Source of the DNA: Felis catus
Taxonomy: Eukaryota
Direction of reading: 5' to 3'
Assembly: GCF_018350175.1 (NCBI RefSeq)
Contig: NC_058368.1
Coordinates: forward strand, 180,484,001 to 180,548,000
Length of the DNA stretch: 64,000 nt
Below the pieces are notes generated by a model, which did not search any database, had not been told where the DNA came from, and worked only from the letters and a program-made list of their open reading frames with translations. Of the stretch, positions 40,751 to 56,280 are shown one piece after another; the first letter of the stretch is position 1; each line of letters starts with the position of its first letter. Position numbers and translations under genes: made by a program.

Positions 40751-41359
40751 TTTTTACTTTCTAATGTTTGTTTATTCATTCAAGTTTATTTATTTTGAAA
40801 GAGACAGAGCATGAGCAGGGGAGGGGCAGAGAGTGAGGGAGAATCCCAAGTAGGTTCTGTGCTGTCAGCACAGAGCCTGATGTGGGGGTCAAACTCATAA
40901 AACTGTGAGATCATGACCTGAGTCAAAAATCAAGAGTTAGACGCTCAACTACCTGAGCCACCCAGGCTTCCCTCAAAATAAATAAACTTAGGGGCACCTG
41001 GGTGGCTCAGTTGGTTGAGCATCCAACTTCTGCTCAGGTCATGATCTCATGGTTTCTGAGTTTGAGGCTTGCATTGGGTATTCTGTCAGCGCAGAGCTGG
41101 GTTTGGATCCTCTTTCTGTCCCCTTCTCTCTCTGCCCCTCCCCCATCATGTGCATGCATGACCCTCTTCCCCCCCCCCCTCAAAAATAAACAAACTTGAC
41201 AGCACGCAGGTAAATGGGGAGGGGTAGAGAGAGAATCTCAAGCAGGCACCATGCTGTCAGCACAGAGCCCAATTCAGGGCTTGAATCCACAAACCATGGG
41301 ATCATGACGTTGGCTGAAATCGAGTTGAATGCTTAACTGACAGAACCACCCAGGTGCCC
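40751..41359. mobile_element. Nested cluster of three CanSINEs (-, +, -)
   Basis: Minus body ~40785-40971, plus body 40991-41197, minus body ~41198-41359; outer duplication ttaag(c/t)ccatttta. Confidence 0.85.
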
Positions 41360-44300
41360 TCACTTAAGTCCATTTTAAAAAAGAAACTTTATGTTACTAT
41401 CATAAATGGGAAAGCTGACTCACTTGATGCAAACCGAATAACTGTAAAATTAAAGAAAACAAAGCCATGCAATTAAATTAGAGAAGGATTTTTGTTACCT
41501 GAGGGAAGTCTCAGACCTGCTCTCTCCGTTAAAAGGGGGAGATTGGAAGTGTTAATGAGGTGTGAAGTACACACCAGCATTGGGTGGAGACTCTTTCCTA
41601 GACTGGATTGGAAGAATAAAAAGCACTAAAGAGGCGAACTTTCCTCATCTGTGTTTCCATGTTCTTTAATACCTCATCTGTACACCATATAAAATCATCC
41701 TGTCTTTCGTCAGGGGTACATAGGGTATGTGGGGAATTCCCAGAAAGGCATGAGAGGTCTTGCTCTCAAAGACTCTCCCCATCCTGATATTTTCACTGCA
41801 GGGATCCCTCCTTAGTACTCAGGAGATGATGCTGAGAACCCCCTACCTTTGAAACTGGAAATTTTAATGGCCACTCCCATGAACACCCATAGCACAAGTC
41901 ATCTACCTTCTTTTTCTTTCCTTAAAGTTTCTAACGTGGCTTAGTTTCGGAGTCTAAACCTATTCTGAAATGTTTATTCACATTCTCATCTCCTCCATTC
42001 CGCTAGAAGGCACTTTCAGCACCACACAAACACCCCTCTTCCTTTTTGAAGTAATTAGTGTTATCTGGTGACAGTCCCCCTAAATAGTCTGTAGAGAGGG
42101 AGCCACTGGGGCAGGAGCCAGCGGGGTGGACGCTCCTAATGGCTCATTACTGTCCTTCTCTCATGTTCTTCAGAGTATGTGATTATGTTGGGGCCACGGA
42201 GCATACTGTCTGTCTCTGAAAACACTGTCAGAACAGCATCTTAGGTGTTAAGTGTAGATCTGAGAAGAGGGTAATGTGAGAAAGAGGTTGCACCTCCCTC
42301 TTCACTTAGGGAAATTAAACTCCACAAAACCCTATCATGCTCACAGATGCCTGAGGTTTGTGAGCCCACAGACCCGCCAGGGAGAAGAAAGGGTGGAAAG
42401 AAAATACAAGTCATGGTGGATGACACCTAGGACATTTGCTTAGCTCACATCTGTCTGGGGCTTCAGGTTTGCCGAACCAGTGCCACTCAGGCCAGAGTTT
42501 GGATCTGTTTCAGGGTGGATCTGGAGACCCCTCCCCACATTCCTTAGAAAATTATGCAAAGGTGGCATCTCCACTCTTCACCTATGAACTCCACCACGTT
42601 TGTGGCTGCCTGTAAATAACAAATGCATCCCTATCCTTTATTAGCCTTAGCACTGCGCTAGGCATTTCACACTTCAGGACTCATTTACTTTTCATAGCCC
42701 CATGGGGTGGGCACTATTATCACCCTTTTGCTGATGAAGAAATAAAGCCTCAGAAAGTTGAAGATCTCATCCAAGTCACACAGGAAGTGAGGAGCAAGGC
42801 CAAAACTGGGGTCTTGAGGTGTACCTAGGGTTCTAACATCGGAATGAACAGGCCTAAATTACAGGCCAGACATGGGGATGGGCACAGGTCCCCATTTGTT
42901 TGGGACTGAGGAGCTTCCTGTGATGTCCAAACTGGAAAAGACGGAGGCCCTGCAGGTTGTTGGGGGAGGGAGTCTGCCTCCCAGTATGTTTTTTTACATC
43001 CTTTCCCCTAATACCTGTTTATAACAGATACATTAATTGTCAACATATTACCTTAAAAAAATACTTGTTGGAAAGGGTGCTGCTTAGGAGCCCATGGGTG
43101 GGAAAAGAACCACTTCTGGCCTTCTTTCACCCCTCTGGATGGCTACACCTCTGCTCCAGCCTGGATGTCTAACCGGCACTCAACACTGTCCTCTTTCGTA
43201 CTTGGTTCTCAGGAGGAAGCAGAACCTCCCCCCAGCCTCAGCAGCTGCCTCTTGCATTCACAGAGCTCTGTTTCCAAAACATTCAACGATTTCTTTTGAG
43301 CACTGGAGAGAGAAGGTTCTGTTCTCTGTGTTCCTCCTGACTACATCTTAATTACTTCTGCTTAAATTGTGAGCGGCAAGTTCAACCACTCTGCTTGTCT
43401 CCTAAGTGGCAAATTAGGACTAATTTAGACGGGGTTTACAGATTAGCCAACATTCAAACAGCAGAGAATGATTTGGTGTTCTCTGCTGGGATCCTCTCTC
43501 CAGGGGGCAGCTCATCTTGAATGGGCAGCAGGTGTGGGCTTGTGCCTGCTATGACTCTGCCTGGGCCCTCCTTTCCCCAGCTTGGACTGTTCACATCAGC
43601 TCTATACACGTGCTTCTCTAATGCCACCTTTTATTTTAGACTCTTTTGAATGGTTTCTGGATTCAATTTTGTTGGACTTAGTTTTTTTATTTCCATTTAT
43701 TGAGTCTCCATGAAGCACTGGAATGAGGAAAGGCATATTGCTTTTCAGAAAATTCTGATAATTCTTTTTTGTCCTTTTCAGAAGAACCAGGAAAATAGCT
43801 GAGGGAGTCAGTGAGGTTGACTGTGCTCTGTGGATGATGTTGTTTGGGCCTTGGCAGCTCTAAGTGTCCATTCAGCCCACTCTGAGAAGGCTTCCTTTTT
43901 ATTTGACACTAGCTGCCTCATCCCTAAGTTATCCAGGGCTTTGGGAAGCACAGTCTGGAGGGTGAGGGAATTCTTTTCCTAAGGCTAAGATAGGCATGGT
44001 CTACCTTCCTATTCTCATTGCTTCCTATGTCTTGAACACTCTTCCTTTCCTTCCACCTCTTCATAAAGGTCTCTGCTCAAGTGTTGTCTCCTCAGATAGC
44101 CCTCTGTGAGCACCTTTAATATAGGAGAACTTTCCCATCATTCTCTGACTAAAACCTTATCCTATTTTATCTCATAGCACTTATTTTTACCTGATATGTA
44201 TATGTATGTTTTCCTGACAGGTCCTTTAATTTGAAACTGCAGTGAAATGGGGGATAAAAGTCATGCTGAGCCATGGGGAAGAGAGATCATGGCAGGACCT

Positions 44301-45853
44301 CTCAATGAGGTGTGGTGGGGAGAACAGGAGGGAACTAGCTTGCCCATAGTTCCTGTGCTCTAGGGGCACCAGCTGCTTCAGTTGTAGGGGGAATGCTGGG
44401 CTCAACTTCAAAGGCTCTGGAACTTGATAATGAGATACTACATGGCCACAAGTTGATCTTTAAGGTCATCTTTCTGTAGCATGGGACATTGAGGGCAGCC
44501 CTGTGCTCAACTAGTTGCTGCTTCCATTTCTGAGGGTGGGCAAGTGACCCCTGGTCACCTGAAGGTAAGGACCTTTTGGGTTTGATGTCTTCTTGGCTCA
44601 TGGCCAAGAGCTGTGGGTTTCCCAGAACTTGGAGGGTCCTGGACTTGGGGTCCTTACTGTTTCTACTCTATAACTATGGACAGGTGAGATGACCCTGGCT
44701 TCCTTGCTGAAAGTTGGTCTCTTTGCATCTATCCATCCATCCATCCTGATTTTCTTATTTTCCTGAGGATAAGGACTTTATCTTGTTCTCCACTGCATCT
44801 CTGGTACTTAGTCTATGTTAGATATTATGAAAATATTTGTTGAATGGGTGAATGGATGGAAGATAGATGGAGGTATGTGGATGGATGGATAGGGACCCTC
44901 ATTTTACGAATTTCTCACTTTTTGTGAGGAAATAGATTATTTGCCCTCCTCAGCCTCTCTATCCATACCCTTCTCCAAGCTTCCCATGTCCTTTTGACTT
45001 TTGTTCATAGTATTTCTTTAGCCTTGAGCTCATATCTGCCAACCCAAATCCCCTTCATTCTTCATGCCCAGTATGACATGAGGCCCTTCTATGCACTGTG
45101 TCACAGTTTTCAAATTTGAAGTCATCTACACACACATACAGAACCCTTTGAGAGAAGGACATTTGTCTTGTTCATCCTTGTATCCCTAGAATCTAGCATA
45201 ATGCCACTGTACAAATGCTTGTTGAATTGGTAACAGACATCTATACAGTAGCACAGATTTAATTCTGCTTTGCATTATCATTGGCTGTTTGTGTTTGTAT
45301 CTTGGCAGCCTGGTTGTGAGGTCAGGAACTGGGTCTTAGTCATCTCATGCCTATGGTTAATGCTTCATTTGTCAAGATAATAGTAATAGCATGAGCAGAT
45401 ACTCTTTTGTGAATATTGATTGTCTAAATTTGCCAGGCACTAAACTTTACCTGTATTAAGTACACTTACTTCTTGCAGTTACCCTGTGGGGTTAGTTTAT
45501 TAGTGCCTTTCACAGAGAAGAAAACTACAGCTCAGACAGTTAAGACACTGAGCTCAAAGTCCTTTGGCTTGTAAGTAGAAGAGAATTTGAACCAGATATT
45601 TCTGACACCAGAGTCCCATTATTTCCCCCTTCATAAGTCTGCTTTCCTCTCTTGGGGTAGGAAGGGCTCTTATAAAAGCTATTTCAACTAAATGGGCTTG
45701 AAAATGGTCAGGACATCTTCAAACAGATCTGAAGACTGCTCTGTACTGGTGTCACGTGACTGTTCTAGATACTGTACAGACCAGTGTTTATAGCTCTCCA
45801 GGATTCCCCTGTCATCAGAAGTAAGACCTTCTTTTGAAGTTTCTGACAACCTA

Positions 45854-47701
<1,848 letters not shown>

Positions 47702-47719
47702 TCATGGTCACTACCCAGA

Positions 47720-47890
47720 CCAGTGCTTCCCAAACTTTACTGTGCATATGAAATAACCAGGGATCTTGTTAAAAGGCAGATTCTGATCTAGTAGTTTGTT
47801 GGGGGAGAAGGGGGGATCTGACCTGAGAATTTGCTTTTGTAACAAGCTATCAAGTGATCCTGATGTTGGTTGGACCATACTTTGAGTAGA
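47720..47890. mobile_element. MER5-like hAT element
   Basis: cagtgcttcccaaactt...gggatcttgttaaaaggcagattctgat...ggaccatactttgagtag. Confidence 0.7.
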
Positions 47891-48427
47891 GAGGGCTTGA
47901 AGGACTGAGGTGATAGGCACTGAGTTTGCCTCCAGGCTCAAACAAGAAATCCTGTGATTGTTTAGAAATGACTACCATTGGCCCAGCAGGAGACAGGTAT
48001 GACACACATACTATGCTTTGATCACCCCTCATTAAATCTAAAGAGAAGGTATATCTTCCATTTATAAAATACTGAGAAGATTACATAACCCAGAATCATC
48101 AAATTTGGGGGGGGGGGAATAAAATGGCCTCAAACTTCAGGCAATTGGGAGATTCTTGCCTTCTCTCATCAACCATTCTAGTATTTTGTGGCATAATGAG
48201 AACAGGATTCAGGGGTGACCAAAGGGACGACAGCCCCACTCTTATAGAGAGGGTCACAGCTCTGTCTACAAGTGACTACTGTAATTGTGAGGCAAGAAAG
48301 GAAGAAATAGAAATGGAACCCCTATCAAGGTGAGTACAGATGAGAGGTCCAGGCTGAGCAAGCCCCCGCCTAATGACTAGATGACCAGGACAGCCTTCAT
48401 GAGTCTTGACTTGTGCCCCCAAGGGAT

Positions 48428-48560
48428 TCCTTCCTTCCTTCCTTCCTTCCTTCCTTCCTTCCTTCCTTCCTTCCTTCCTTCCTTGATTTTATTTTTTATT
48501 TTTTTAAATTTACATCCAAATTAGCATATAGTGCAACAATGGTTTCAGGAGTAGATTCAA
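48428..48560 (-). repeat. (TTCC)n microsatellite abutting a short L1 3' tip
   Basis: About 13 TTCC units followed by an L1 terminus similar to that at ~5612-5660; ccaagggat on both flanks. Confidence 0.8.
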
Positions 48561-49055
48561 CCAAGGGATCTCTTCTTACTGCTGCTCCAACCTGACCCTT
48601 TCTCACACAAAGACCTGAATCTGGCACTTTCAGACACAGGGAATTAGGTAGAGAGAATCCATTGGCTGTTTCAGCCAATAGGTCAGGTAGGAGGATGTTG
48701 CTCTGTGTGCTTGAGATTTAGGCAAAATTCCCTACCCTGATAGCTTAACTTCAGGCAAGGCATAAATGAATCACTGCATTTCCAATTCATAAATAATGAT
48801 TAGCTGTGATACCAGTGGGATAATTCTGTCTGCTTCCGCAGCACTTTTTGGGGTTGTTTTTGGGAATAAAATTAGACAATCCATTCTTTTTGCCATTACT
48901 GAGTGTCTAGCACTTTTTTTCTTTTGGTAATAGTGATGAGCTATGAATAACATTTTCCTTCAGATTTTCCTCCCTCCCAGTGAGGATGGAAGTGTGAGGG
49001 GAGACCTTGTAGAGTCAAAGTAAAGATGTTCAATGTCTTATGGCAAAGCATATCA

Positions 49056-49421
<366 letters not shown>

Positions 49422-49645
49422 CTAAGAAAACACAATGGGCTTGGTATGAAAGATAACACCTGGGCATGTTGGCTTATATGGAGGACATGGCTGGCATGGC
49501 TAGGGAATGAGTGTGCGTTGGAGGAAGAACCCACCTTGAAGTTATTTAGAGTAGCGTTTTCTAAACTCCTTTACATCATGGTACACAAAGAAAATGGTAA
49601 CATTTGTAGGGTGCACTAGGATACAAAATGAGGCTGCTTATGGTC

Positions 49646-49789
49646 AGGGATGACTAATCTGGGCATGGCTGCCCTGAGCAGTTATGTAGGCCATGCACTA
49701 CACAATTATAAGGAATGCCATCATGTCATAGAGAGTGTGAATGGTGAAAAATGTGCACTGCATGAATTAGCCATACACAATAGCCCTGG
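49646..49789. mobile_element. MER91-like hAT-Tip100 remnant
   Basis: caggg...gcagttatgtaggccatgcactacacaa...gcactgcatgaa...agccctg. Confidence 0.45.
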
Positions 49790-50859
49790 GCACTGGGGTT
49801 CTGACTGTTCTGCCTGGCCACCTTGGAGAGCAAGATAATATGTATATTTGCACACTTTCAACCCTCTTGTTTTTTTTTGTTTTTTTTTTGTTTTTTTTTT
49901 TTTGGCACATCACCAGCTGAGTAGCTAATGATCTTTAAGAGCAGATGCCAAGATTTCTTCTGAAACTCAAGTAAAGGTAGCTAGGAGGGTGGGGAGGTTG
50001 TCTAAGAAATCCATATTTCACAAAGACCTGGGAATAAGAAGGCTTATTGCTATGTGAACCTCTTTACTCCTATCTAGAGAAAAATCTTGCCACTGTCAAG
50101 GATGCAAGATATCCGTGGAAGACCTTATCAGGGCTGGGGAATTCCAACAAAGGGAACTGATTTACTTAGATTTGAAAGGAATAGTGGAACACATCTAGAC
50201 ATAATTTAATATTTATTTAGAAGTTGATCTGAACAGTGAAGAGCATCTGTCCCAGAAGGCAGAGCTGGGTGACTAGACTCTGGTTAGGGGCAAAGGAGAG
50301 GGACTCTTGAGATTCAGCTAGTCTTGACTGGATAACTGGAAGTGAATAAAATGAGGCTGACTGAGCCCAGGTTCTTTCAACATAATTGGTTGCAAATCCA
50401 GACGTCCCTGGGGTGACTACTGAAGGCAAAGGAAGATGTACACAGGCAGAAAGAAAAGAGACATCTGGTACCTCCTTACCTTACCTAATAATTTAATAGC
50501 TCCTAACAATAATAATGATGATGGTGATGTTGATGATGGTGGTGGTGATAACTTTAACACATGCTGAGGGCTAGACATAGGCATTGTGTTAGGTAATTTG
50601 CATCTCTTGTCTGAGTTGGTGCCCACAAGGACCGCTTGACAAGTGAGGAAATGGCCTGAAGCAGACAGGTTACATACTTGCTCAAGGTCACATAACAATG
50701 AAGTGGTAGGGTTGGTCTGGAACTTAGGTCTTCAGACCTGATCCATTTAACCACTTAAACATTTAATCAGCCATACTGATTCATGTATTATATATGCATT
50801 GTCTGCCCTGAGGTGTGAAATGCTGAGGAAACTGTAAAGCATAGCATAGCCCCTGAAGT

Positions 50860-51340
50860 CTCCATGTTATAGCCTGAAAATACCACAGACTTTTGTTTTC
50901 TAGGGTGCCTCATTGTACACAGGTAAAGAACTACATTTCACAGCTTCCTCTGGAGAGATGGGTGGCTGACATGATGTAAGTGGTAGTTGTCATCTGGGTC
51001 TCCTGGGAACCTTAAAGGAGGATGACATAGCTATGATACAGGCACCCTTTTGTTCTTCCCACTCTCCTCCTTTACCTGGGTGAAATGTGGTTATGATCCC
51101 TGGAGTTCTAGCATTCACCATGTAAATATGGGTGACTTTGAGAATGGAAGTCTCAAGGCTGATGGTCATTCAGAGAGAGTCTAGATCCCTGTTGACCTAG
51201 GTGTCTTTAATGGTCATCCATACCAGCCATGAATGGCTCACCTCTAGACTCCTTTTATGTTATAAAAAATGATAAGGCCATATCTTATTTAAGCTCTTGT
51301 TATTTCTAATGCCTGTTACTAGCAGTTGAGACTGAACTAA
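50860..51340 (+). mobile_element. MLT1-like MaLR LTR
   Basis: aactacatttcacagcttcctctg...cctctagactccttttatg...tcttatttaagctcttgttattt...ctgttactagcag. Confidence 0.6.
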
Positions 51341-53089
51341 ACGAAGATAAGCCCCTCATACTTTGGCAGGTACTGTGCTGGGTACTTTATATACCTTATC
51401 CCAGTTTAGTTCTCACAACATAGGTAGAAATTATTTTATATATGGGCAGTTGAACTCAGAGGGGTCATAAATCTAGATTAGTGGTGGAGGCTGGATTTGA
51501 ACCCAGGACTACTTGACTCCTCAAACCATTGCTATTTCCATGGAGTCATCTCAGGGAGAAAGGGATAAAACACTTGAGATAGAACATTTTGGAAAGAAAA
51601 TGCATCAAAGCATGGATATAGGAATAAAGGTGGTGAGCTGTTGGGATCGAGACCCCCAACTTCAAGTGGAGGATTTATACAATCAAATGTGCAGCCATGG
51701 GGAAGAACAGTCAAGAAAGTAAAGGGAGAGTGGTAGGATTTTTAAAAAACATGTCCAAAAGTTAATGCAGTCAGAATTATTGAGGATCTTGATCCCAAAT
51801 TAGAGTCACCATATCCAAAGGAAACCACTAGATGGGGTCAGAATGATAAATTCCTCTGGAAAAAGAAATTTGGCTTTATTAGGTTGCTTCGTTTGGAACA
51901 AATGCAGAAGGCCATCAAAATTCTTAATCCTATGAGTTTGAAAATTTCAGTTTAAGACCTTGCCAACATTTTATTAGGCAGAATGAATAATTTGGCAACA
52001 ATGAGGAAGGATTTTTAGGGTTTCCTGAGCCAACTGCTGGGGACTCTTTACCATACCTCTCTATTTCCCATCTCCTTGGTCATCCTTCTATCCTCCTCTT
52101 TCCTTACTAATTTTCCTTTTTTCTTCTCTTTGCTAATATCATACAGCTCCCTGTGCATTTATTATTTATTGAGCATTAAATCTCTGCTAATGTCAGGCTT
52201 GGTGCCTCCTCTGGAATGCAGGGATGAACAACACCAACAAAGCAATGCATTTTGAGAATTTATGATGGACTTAGTGTGTTCTCAGAGCTACCCTTGTTTT
52301 ATCTTATTTAATCCCCACGACACTCTCAGGCAAGCACTATTATCCCCACTTTACATACAAGGAACAGATAGGTTTAAGTGCTCTGTTCAAGCTTATACAA
52401 ATAGTAAGTGGTGGAGCTAGGATTTCAGTCCAGAGCTCGCTGTCTTCACCCCTAGGCTGTACCACCTCAATGACCAGCTGCTCTCTATCAGGCATGCAAT
52501 TTTAAGCCACCTGTGATGCTCTCTCAAAGCACTGCTGATGGGCTGATTCTGCAGCTGCTGAATCAGCCCCCTAGGGAATACGGGCTGGATGATTCTGTTG
52601 TGTACTCTTGGTTAAAATACAGTCGGATTAATAAAAGTCCCTATCTTCAGCTACCTGAGAGAGACCAACAGGCAAATCGTATAAATAACAATATATAATA
52701 GTATGTATATGTATCTGTGTATATATATATGAATATATACTAAAACATGTAGCTGTAGGAGAGAACAACACGTAAATCGTATATACAAGCATGACTATCA
52801 TTGTAACAATTTATATTAGTATGTGAGGGTGCTAAGACTGCAGAAGGAACTGAATAGTGGGCAAAACCAGCAAAGGGGTTCCTAAATTCTGACTGCCAAC
52901 ATTTGGGTTTATTGCTACTACTTAGAACTAACAAGGGCTCTGACCCCTGGCCTGGGTGCATCAACCAAAAAGAAGTAATAACCATTACTAACCATTAGCC
53001 ATTGATACTTTAAGCTGGGATCCACCATGTCCTTGGGAATGCAATTTAGTTGTAGCACTGGTTCAAATGAACTTTACTGAACTTTATTT

Positions 53090-56000
53090 TCCTCCCCCTA
53101 ACTTTATTGACATATAGTTGATATACATCACTATATATGTTTAAATTATGTAGCATAATAGACTTATGTGTATAATGAAATGATTTCCCAAATAAGTTTA
53201 GTTAATATCTGTCATCTCATACAGATAATGGTTTTTATTTTTCTTTAAAAATTTTTTTTTCACTTTGTGATGAGACCCCTTAGGATTTTACTCTCTTAAC
53301 AGTTTTCTACATATCATACAGTAGTGTTAACTATGATCACCATGCTGTACATTATATCCCTAGTACTTATTTATCTTATAACTGGAAGCCTGTACTTTTT
53401 GACCACCTTCCTCCAATTCCCACCCCCCACCCCACCTCTGGTAACCATAAATCTGATCTCTTTCTAAGTTTTCATTATTTATTTATTTTTAAGATTCCAC
53501 ATATGAGATCATACAGTATTTGTCTTTCTCTAACTTATTTCACTTAGCATAATATCAAGAACCATCCATGTCATTGCAAATGGCAGGATTTCCTCATTCT
53601 TTATGGCTGAATAATATTCCATTATAAATATATACAACAACTTTTTTATCCCTCCATCTGTTGATGAACACACAGGTTGTTTCCATGTCTTGGCTATTGT
53701 AAGTAATGCTGCAATGGACATGGGAGTACAGATATATATTTGACATACAGCTTTCATTTCCTTTGGAAATGAATTCCAGAAGTGGAATTGCTGGATTATG
53801 TGGAAGTTCTATTTTAAAAATTTTGAGGATCCTCTATACTGTTTTCCATAGTGGCTGCACCGATTTACAGTCTTACCAACAGTGCGCAAGAGTTCCCTTT
53901 TCTCCACATCCTTGCCAGCATTTACTCTTGTCTTTTTGATGGTTGTCCTAACAGGTGTGAGGTGTTACTGTGGTTTTGATTTGTATTTCCCTCACAATTA
54001 GTGATGTTGAGCATCTTTTCATGTACCTTTTGGCTATGCATATATCTTCTATGGAAAAAATGTTTATTCAGGTCCTTTGCCTATTTTTATTATGTATGTA
54101 TGTATGTATGTAGGTAGGTAGGTATTCATTGATTCAAGTAATCTCTATGCCCACGTGGAGCTCAAACATGACTCTGAGATCAAGAGCTGCATGCTCTACT
54201 GAGCCAGCCAGGTATCCTCCCCACTTTGCCCATTTTTAAATTGGATTATTTTAATTTTGCTATTGAGTTGTAGGACTTTAAAAAAAAAATATTTTGGATA
54301 CTAACCCCTTATCAGATATATAATTCATAAATACTTTCTCCCTTTCTTTAGGTTGTCTTTTTGTGTTGTTAGTTGTTTCTTTTGCTGTGTAGAAGCTTTT
54401 CAGTTTGATGATGTCCTGTTTGTTTATTTTGATTTTGTTGCTTGTGCTTTAGGTGTCGTATATATATAAAAAAAAAATCATTGCCAAAACCCATGTCAAT
54501 GAGTTTTTTTTTGGTTTTCTTTTAGGGATTTGATAGTTTTGGTTCTTACATTTAGGTCTTTAATCCATTTTGAATTAATTTTTGTGAGTGGTGTAAGATT
54601 TGAGTCCACTTTCATTCTTTTATAAGTGAATATCCAGTTTTCCCATCACCATTTATTAAAGAGATTGTCTTTTCTCCATTGAGTATTCTTTTTTTTTTTT
54701 AATTTTTTTTTTTCAACGTTTATTTATTTTTGGGACAGAGAGAGACAGAGCATGAACGGGGGAGGGGCAGAGAGAGAGAGGGAGACACAGAATCGGAAAC
54801 AGGCTCCAGGCTCTGAGCCATCAGCCCAGAGCCTGATGCGGGGCTCGAACTCACGAGTCCGTGAGATCGTGACCTGGCTGAAGTTGGACGCTTAACCGAC
54901 TGCGCCACCCAGGCGCCCCTCCATTGAGTATTCTTGGCTCCCTTGTCAAATATTAGTTGGCTGTATATGCTTGGGTTTATTTCTGGGTTCTCAATTCTGT
55001 TCCACTGGTCTTTTTAAAATACCACTACTGTATTAATTACTATAACTTTATAGTATAGCTTGCAATCAGGAAGTATGATGCCTCTTGCTTTGTTTTTCTT
55101 TCTCAGGATTACTTTGGCTATTCATGTCTTTTGTGGTTTCAAATTTTAGGATTTTTTCTCCAACTTCTGTAAAAAATGTCATTGAAATCTTGATAAAGAT
55201 TGCATTAAATCTATATATGCCTTTTGGGCAATGTGACAACCATGAAGCAATATTTCATTGTTGAGTGTTGCGTTTTCCTGAAGATTAGTGATATTGAGAA
55301 TATTTTCAGGTGCCCTTGGCCACTTGTATGTCTTTTTGGGGAAAATATCCAAATCCTTTGCCCATTTTTAAATCAAGTTACTTGCTTTTGGATATTAAGT
55401 TGTATAAACTCTTGATATATTTTGGATATTAATCCTTTATCAGATGTATGATTTGTAAACATCTTCTCCCATTTATAGGTTGCCTTTTCATTTTGTTGAT
55501 GGTTTCCTTTGCTGTGCAAAAGATTTTTATTTGGTGTAGTCCCAATAGTTTATTTTGGCTTTTGTTTCCCTTGCCTGAGGAGACACATGCATGACTATGT
55601 TACTAAGGCTGATGTCCAAGAGATTACTGCATGCTTTCTTTGAGGAGTTTTATGATTTCAGGTCTTAATCAACTTTGAATCTTTAATCCATTTTTATTTA
55701 CTTTTTTGTATATGGTGTAAGACAGTGGTCTAGTTTCATTCTTTTGCATGTAGCTGTCCAGTTTCCCCAGTATCATTTATTGAAGAGACTGACTTTTCCA
55801 CATTTATATTCTTGTTTCCCTTGTAGATTGATTGACCATGTATGTGTGGGTTTTTCTCTAAGCCTTCTACTCTATTAATCTATGTGTCTGTTTTTGTGAC
55901 AGTATCATACTGTTTGGATTACCTGAGTCTTGTAGTATATCTTGAAATCAAGGATTGTGATGCTTACAGCTTTGTTCTTCCTCAAGATTGCTTTGGCTTT

Positions 56001-56280
56001 TCTTTTGTGGTTCCATACAGATTTTAGGATTCTTTGCTCTAGTTCTGTGAAAAATATTTTGGTAGTTTGATTGGGATTGCATTGAATCTGTAGATTTTGT
56101 TGGGTAGTATGGACATATTTGACAATATTAATTCCAATCCATGAGCACAGAGTACCTTCTCCTTTATTTGTGTCATTTTTATTTATTTTTTCATCCATCT
56201 TATAATTTTCAGAGTACAGGTGAAAAACCTGTTTTCTGGTACACCTCCTTGGTTAAATTTTTTCCTAGGTATTTTATTTT
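53090..56280 (-). mobile_element. Two adjacent decayed L1 fragments (3'UTR plus ORF2 C-terminus ~53090-55220; ORF2 piece ~55240-56280)
   Basis: Minus-strand ORF2 remnant [20 protein letters not shown]...MEYYSAIK (53530-53757) and [25 protein letters not shown] (55905-56198). Confidence 0.88.
54691..54919 (-). mobile_element. Young SINEC_Fc-type element with perfect TSD
   Basis: Close to the copies at 17094 and 63028. TSD tccattgagtattctt at 54675-54690 and 54920-54935. Confidence 0.95.

Noticed and set aside
40660..41720. Possible old DNA transposon surrounding the SINE cluster
   Set aside because: The sequence looks repeat-derived, but I could not identify termini or a family with confidence.
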